DNA of 59,669 nucleotides, counting the filler, from Platydemus manokwari (Eukaryota): the NCBI GenBank assembly GCA_037951405.1. It is 6 parts of 6 records of this genome, joined end to end, with 100 filler letters (N's around TTAATTAATTAA, not from the genome) between each part and the next. Parts side by side here need not be neighbours in the genome. Positions count along the whole stretch, not along the records: positions 50,340 to 59,669 come from JBBMOY011263540.1; 5 more parts are not named here. One strand, 5' to 3'. A program made the translations under genes and the position numbers. Below, in pieces: positions 52,723 through 59,669 of the stretch. Each line of letters starts with the position of its first letter. Position 1 is the first letter of the stretch. Under the pieces are notes generated by a model, which saw only the letters and a program-made list of their open reading frames with translations, made no database searches and was not told the origin of the DNA.

Positions 52723-54869
52723 ATGAAATCTGAATTGGTTGATAGCGATTCCGCATTAAATGATAATAAATCTGCTGATATCAAAAGTATAAATCTATCA
52801 CAAATTTTAACTGAAAATTTAAATTCACCTTTACCTGTAAATATTATTTAAGTTAATTGTGTATTTAACTATAATTCAGAATCATGGGAATTTATTTCAA
52901 ATGTATAAAGAAGGAAAAATTTCTGATAATATATACACTCAGGAACCTCCTCTTAAAACGTACAAAGCTAAATTAAATACCCGTGAATCTCACATTGATA
53001 TTGATTCTTTACCCAAAGAAGAAATAATAAGTTCTTCCAAATCGCAATTGTAGTAGTAAAAATTCAAATGTTCTATTATATTTGTTTTAGGAGCACACCA
53101 AATTTGATTGTTAGTAGAAGACAAGTATGGTTAAATGGATTTTGAGACGAGTTTATTTTAAGATTTATCAGCAAGGAAATCCAGTAATCAATAATATTAA
53201 AAATGTTAGATGGATGTATGGCGACATCGAACCAGATTTTATCATGAGCAGAACGAGCTGTGCACTCTATTTGAGGTGATTTTTAAACCATATTACACTA
53301 ATTAAACTTATATTTGTTGGTTATTTAGTATTCGATTTTTTAATTTTAAGATATTATTTATTCAAATGCGTGTCTTGAATTTATGTTTAATTATTTCCTG
53401 TGAATCTTGATTGAATTTATGTTGTTTAGTTTGAAATATCATTCGACGAAACCAAATTATATTCACAACAGGATCAGAGATTTGAAATTATTGTTTGAAT
53501 TGCGCGTATTGTTGGTTCTTGTTGATACGGTAATGTTGATAAAGGTTTTATAAATACATTCACTTGTTATTTAATATTAATACATTTCGTGCTACTCTTA
53601 AAAGTGAGTAGATAATTAATATATTTTATAATTATATATTGAAATAACTAAAATAAATGTCAATCATTTTCGAATTATTATCGCTATGAGACACATTTAT
53701 GTTAATTCAGGAACTAAGCTTGTGGTTAAGATTTTATTATTTTAATAATTATAATTAGGTTTTTTGCAATTAAAAGACTAACTGCTAAAAATGAATTCCC
53801 TAGATTTCATTGTCTTAGGAAATTTAAAATTATTGAAGTGCTGTCCGATATATTTTCTTGTGATTTGTCTCTTCGTTGATTTTAAACGCCTTGTAATGGG
53901 TTGTGAATCAGATTGTGGTATTTTTCTGCTGATCAGCGTGTTTTATTTCCTCAAAATAATTACCACACAAACATAATAATGGGCAAATCTCTTATAATTG
54001 ATCACTTATTTCCAATAATAGTCTGCGTTAAATAACACCTGGAGAAATAATGATTTGACGCACCATTGATTTTTACATATAATATTGAAATTATTTGTTT
54101 GAATGAATGATATTGATTTTTACAGGATAACTCAGCACCAGTTGTAAGAGAGTTGTGTAATTTGTGTATTCATAATAATATTTCAATGTTATTAGCATGG
54201 AGGTAGATTTTTGGTTATGATGTCATTGGGTATATTGTGTGATGTAATTGTGTTAAGTGATGAAGAAGTGGCACGATATTTGGAATCATATAAGATGTTT
54301 GAACACAAACCACCAGATATTTTGACTGGTGATAAAATTAAATCGATAAAATCTGGTGAAGGATCAACAGTTGGTGATGATGAAATGACAACAATGATAC
54401 AGTTTCTTTCATCTATTGGATCAGTAAATAAAACTGATGCCAGGACTTTGATTGAAAATTTTGGGGTGGGATTTTTTTATAGTTTGATTGGATTTTGAAT
54501 TTTTTATTGGGATTTTGCTAGTCGATAGAGGCGATAATGATGGCTGATTTGGAACAGCTGAAATTGTGTTCTGGTATTGGAGCTTTAAAGGTTAACAAAT
54601 AATGTCTTTCGACACAAGGAGAACATCGTTTAGTTAATGATAAGGGTCTAATATAACCGCCAATTTAGCGATGTTTTGTTATTATATAACAAATCATCTG
54701 ATATCATCAACTCATTGATTTTCATTCCTGGATGATGTTTTCCTCGTTCGTCACAATTTATATTTAAACATCACTGTTTATCATTTAGGCTAAGTCTATT
54801 TATGATCTATTCCGGAAGTCCTTCCTTAAGAATCCAAAAGTCCAAGATCAGGACGACGAAGACCAATGA
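52723..54869 (+). CDS. ERCC1: DNA excision repair protein ERCC1, 9 exons, ~318 aa
   Basis: Exons 52723-52836, 52880-53049, 53091-53124, 53172-53275, 53430-53529, 54126-54202, 54258-54465, 54522-54590, 54789-54869 splice in frame (957 nt). Motifs LIVSRRQQGNPV, PDFIMSRTSCALYLSLKYH..KPNYIHNRI, LRVLLVLVD, LLAWSDEEVARYLESYKMFEHKPPD, SVNKTDARTL..FGSIEAI and the HhH CSGIGALKA. Confidence 0.96.
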
Positions 54870-55499
54870 AATACAAGATATTGATAAATTTAATAAATTT
54901 GTCTTCTGTTATTGATTTTTATGAAAATATGATTAAAAAAAATTTAGTATAAGCTATTAAATGATAATAAGTGTGAAGATTTTGCCAATTTATGTTGCGA
55001 TAAGACAAAAAAAATTATAATTGATATTTATATGATTTATTCTTGAACTTAATAGTATATCTTTGTGTGGTATTTTAATAAGAAACAAAATAGGGATTTT
55101 TACTATGTCGAATAAGAAATAAATAGAATTGTTGCATCAATTTTTTATTCTAATCACAGTAATTTTCTTCTAATTGTAGAAATGTTGTATTTGGATTTAA
55201 AAGAAATATTTATGAATTTCCCACTCGTCTATCTGAGCCGTTAAGTAAAAATTAATATTTTTAATAGTAAATAGACTTGCCAAATTGCAGCATGTTTGAT
55301 AATGTATTATTTATTAACCCTAAAGGTTGAGAGTATCTTTTTACATTCTAGTGTTAAAGAAAGAATTCTTACAAAATTTCATTAATTTGCAATCTGACCT
55401 ACTTTGATCTGATTTTCAAAAAATCGTTTTTTTAAAGATTTCAAGGTTCTTGTTCATTTGATTCTTGATTTAAAAATACTGAGATTTTTTTCGAATACT

Positions 55500-55592
55500 T
55501 ATATAAAAATTTAAAATATTTTTAATGAACATAATTAAATAAACTATATACATTTTGCAATACGTTCTACAAATTTAAACTTCATTTTAGGA
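55500..55592 (+). repeat. Dispersed repeat copy, homologous to 41490-41578
   Basis: Shared AATAAACTATATA.ATTTT(T)GCAATAC..TC.ACAAATTTAAA..TTCATTTTAGGA. Confidence 0.75.
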
Positions 55593-55711
55593 AACTTTCG
55601 TAAATATTGTTTGAATTTAAATCAAAGGTCAGATTTCTGCAAAATTTCAAATAATAAACACTTTATTAATTTCTATTAAACTTTGAATTAAACTAAGAAT
55701 AAACTATTTGC

Positions 55712-56609
55712 ATGGCTTCAAATACTGGGTTATTATCAATTAATTAATTATTATCAATTTGTGCTTTGTATTTGAAGAAAATTGGCCGGAAAAGTATTAT
55801 TTATTACTGGTGCCAGTCGTGGCATTGGCCGTGCCATTGCATTAAAGGCTGCTCGCGATGGAGCCAATATTGTTGTTGCAGCTAAAACTCGGGATCCTCA
55901 TCCAAAATTGCCTGGAACAATCTTCACAGTGGCAGAAGAAGGTTTTCCCGCATTTTAATTTAATATGATTAAAATGAATTATAGTCGAAAAAAGTGGTGG
56001 CAAATGTTTACCATGTGTTGTTGATGTGAGATATGAAGATCAAGTCCAGAAAGCCATTGACGAAACGATTAAAAAATTCGGTCGATTGGATATACTCGTA
56101 AACAATGCTTCCGCAATAAGTTTGACGAACACAATAGGTACACCGATGAAAACATATGATTTGATGAACACGATTAATGCAAGGGGAACTTATCTCTGGT
56201 AATTTAGCTGTTTAATTCAATATTCACAGCTTCTAATAAGGAATATCTCTAATATAGCATATTGGACAAGTGTGAGATTATGAATTTTTTTATGAGCACA
56301 AATGAGTAAAAATGGTTGACTGGTTTTATTTATTCGAAAAGCTCGCATTATGATGGTCATTATGAATATTATTTCCTGTTTATTTCAGTTCAAAATTGTG
56401 TATTCCTCATCTGGAAAAGAGCGGACCTGGAAGTCACATTTTAAATCTCAGTCCTCCATTAAATATGTCACCGAAATGGTTTTCAAATCACGTGGCTTAC
56501 ACAATGGCCAAATATGGCATGTCGATGTGTGTTTTGGGAATGGCTGAAGAACTGAAATCGAAAAATATTGCCGTTAATGCTCTGTGGCCGAAAACAGCAA
56601 TTTATACAG
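55712..56609 (+). CDS. HSDL2: Hydroxysteroid dehydrogenase-like 2 (SDR), 3'-partial; exons 55712-55728, 55778-55941, 55985-56198, 56389-56609
   Basis: MASNTGKLAGKVLFITGASRGIGRAIALKAARDGANIVVAAKT.DPHPKLPGTI, ILVNNASAISLT, HILNLSPPLN, catalytic AYTMAKYGMS, AVNALWPKTAI. All junctions are GT-AG and in frame; ends at a GTGAGT donor and no later exon was found in the window. Confidence 0.95.
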
Positions 56610-56649
56610 GTGAGTAAAGTAAATGATTATTTAATATTTGTGATTTCCT

Positions 56650-57300
56650 ATTGTGTGATATTTTCTGATGTTCTTCATATTTAAATACTGGTTGTGGTTT
56701 AATTTCATCTTTTTGTTCTTCTTTAATGTTGGACATCATAAAATGACATTTTTTGGTACACAGAAACATCAATTTATTTCGATCTGTACTGAAAATATTA
56801 CTGGACTCATTGTTTCAGCCATTCACTGTGTTCCTCTCTTTCTCGCATCATCCAGATGCAAGCAATGTGAGTATTTGTCCACTTATTTATTCACAAATTA
56901 TCTGACACTATTTGGCATATTTGAAATTCTCGAATAGTAATTTCCTGTTTTGATTTATTGATTATTTCCCGAAATTATTTACCAGCATTTATCTTATCTC
57001 TATTGAAATTGACGCTGTCATCATCTATAATTCCTCTTTGTCACTTCTGGATAAATGTTTTTAAAAAAGCATTCACCATATCATTATCTTTATCATATTT
57101 ATCGTGGATTTTCTCTTCTAAAATTACAAAAATTACATACAATACGTAATGCACTCATTCGATAATTTGTGATGTTTGATTCCTGATTGGTTAATAATTC
57201 TTACACAACATTTAGTGATGTGTGTGTATGGTGAAGAAATTCTTATTTGAATAATAAAACGTAATCTCCATATCTAATATGATTCCAATACATCACAAAC
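56650..57300 (-). mobile_element. Possible highly decayed non-LTR retrotransposon (RLE-type) 3' region within the HSDL2 intron
   Basis: Broken frames with EKIHDKY, K*QRGII and a zinc-knuckle-like ...LASGCE; decayed coding-like sequence may continue to about 59300. Confidence 0.3.
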
Positions 57301-59669
57301 TCGATTTCCATTTGAAACTCGCTAAATAGTGTTCGATCTGTTTTATTATTGTTTTAACTAGCTAATTTTATTTGTGTTAAATCTTAAAATATATAATTTG
57401 CAATTTTCTTCAATATAAAATGTTAAGATAGAAATGTAAATAAAAAATCAACTAGCTTGATTATATTGGGAAATGATCTTAGGCCATTGGCACAATAGAA
57501 GACTCAATTATTTGATAATAGTCAAACTTATTAGTATGAAAAGAATCCATAAATATTATGAAGAAAACTTGATACATAAGTTGAGAACAAATGTGAGGTA
57601 TGCGATAGAAATGAAAGATGATTATCGATTATTGAATGAATTTGATTGGATAACACGTTCTAGATTTTATCTTGTATTTAATAATATCAAGGATTGAGAA
57701 ACGGTTGTGATAATCATAAGGCTCCATCAACTTTCATCACATCGATAACAAGACTGATTGAAACAAACCCTTCAATAGAATCATCGAATCAATGAATACA
57801 GAAAACCAATGGCATAATAAATAACATGATAATAAATGTGATTTTATAACAATTTAACCTCTAATGGTCGTTGTCGTGAACTTTGTGTGAGTTCATTCTG
57901 AAGATGTTCGATAATTTCTTCTTTAATTTGTACTTCTGACGCTAAATTTCCGGCAGTATTTTCACGAATAGCTCTCAGCTATTTTGAGATCATTCGACCT
58001 AGATCGTAATGAATTCCATGTTTCATTTTCCCATAGGAACTTATCTAACGAATTATCGTTATCTTTAATTTTTGAATTCAAACCCAATTGATAAATCATT
58101 CTTGTCTATTAATGAAATTGTAAAGTATTCTGGTGGATCACAAAACTGTTGATAGCAATGCTCATAACATTTTCATATGATATCATTCCATTCGATATAT
58201 TTCTCTCTCTGTGATCTAACTCTGTCCATGAACAGTGTTCGTGCTGGTTAAATTCTAATGTATAACAATATTATTTATATTTTAATATTTCATCCAATAG
58301 TCTGTGCGCATATCCATGGTGTTCAATATATTACAGCATTCATTGAAAAATCATCAAATTTATCGATTATTTACATTATTAACTGGCAGCTTTGAGTGTA
58401 CCACCGAGTGAATATGATCGATATCAAACTGATTATTAAATTATCAATATTTTATCATATATTAACAGAATAGAAATCTTCTCTATCAAACATCTTTATC
58501 TTCTCATGCTCCATGTACTGTGGTAGTAATTTGCCGATTTCTAGTATTTTATGCACTAGCGCTCATTGTTATCTCGGTCCAATATTTTTGTGATCCTTTA
58601 ATGATCCATATATTGATTTGCAACAGTTTTCGATATGATTGTGTGTGGCGTATTAAATTGCTCCCTTTTAGAAGATTGCTCCTTTCCTTTTTTGTTTGAT
58701 AATAAAATTTTATCTTGGACCTGTGTTTCCTTAGGCTTATACATCTCGTTTTGTTGACTACTTCATTATTAATGATTTATATTCCTGTTATGTTTCTCAT
58801 TTTGATTTATGCCAACCACTTTGGATTCTTGATTTCCTGGAAGCGGGTAGTTAAATAAGATAATTCGTTTTTCAAAGATTCCTTATCATTTTATGATACT
58901 GTTTGAAATGATAACAATCCTAAGATTAATTCTAAGCTACTCGCTGTTTCATTAATCCATTTGTATTGATGCATTCAACTATGACCATAGTCCTACTATG
59001 GGTCAATTCAAACTATTTTGCAATTGATGTAGGCATCAAATTGCAACCATTTTCTTATTATATGCATTGTTGGCTAATTTTGTTAACACCAACTTATATT
59101 CCAGCTATTCTTTCCCCATTCTCTGATGTCTATCAAATATTCATGTAAATCCTTTCCCATTGATTTTTATGCCTCGTAACGCTTATAACTCGCAATTTAT
59201 TTTTCAAGTGTTATTGTCCCATTTACCTGGCACCTAATGTCATCATTTTGTCACGTGATATTAAGCTTAACCACTCAATCTTTTTCGGTTTGTCATGCGA
59301 AATATCTTCCATTTTTGATCACAGAATATTATATATTATTTTCTAATTAATGATCCATGAATTGTTATTGGTGCTATTTAATATAATGCTGCTATCTAAT
59401 TTCAAACCTACATTAATAGTGACTAGTAAATGGCTACATTTGACATATTCATCTTAATTCTAACATATTCATTCCAATATTTATCAATCTATTAATTCAA
59501 AATTCTAATTTACAACATTGGAACCTAATTTTTAACGAATATTAATATTAATACTAATTTCAAAAAAGGTTAAAAGGGAGTTATAAAAGTTACACTTATT
59601 ATTTATACAAGATATGACCTTTATTAAGGTTGACATTTAATAGAGGAATGAAAAACATGATGCAGTTAA

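Overview
AT-rich, intron-containing eukaryotic (animal) DNA in the standard genetic code; a flatworm-like invertebrate is my inference from composition and many 41-56 bp introns. The window is not one locus. It is six pieces (the four complete ones 8.7-10.2 kb) joined by five identical artificial 100-nt spacers (44 N + TTAATTAATTAA + 44 N), so gene order across spacers should not be trusted. Well-supported genes: a zyxin/LPP/TRIP6-family LIM gene (5'-partial, third LIM domain cut in half), a very large disordered protein with a 5.65-kb exon and internal repeats, a two-exon GT61 glycosyltransferase that closely follows plant N-glycan core beta-1,2-xylosyltransferase (XYLT), a complete 9-exon ERCC1, the 5' part of HSDL2, and a p24/TMED gene. 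The rest is decayed transposons (mariner, a MITE, a long-TIR element, possible LTR/LINE relics), possible GPCR pseudogenes and orphan exons. The most interesting candidate is the plant-XYLT-like animal enzyme. No prokaryotic system, CRISPR array, rRNA or tRNA was seen. All family assignments are from remembered motifs, not database searches.
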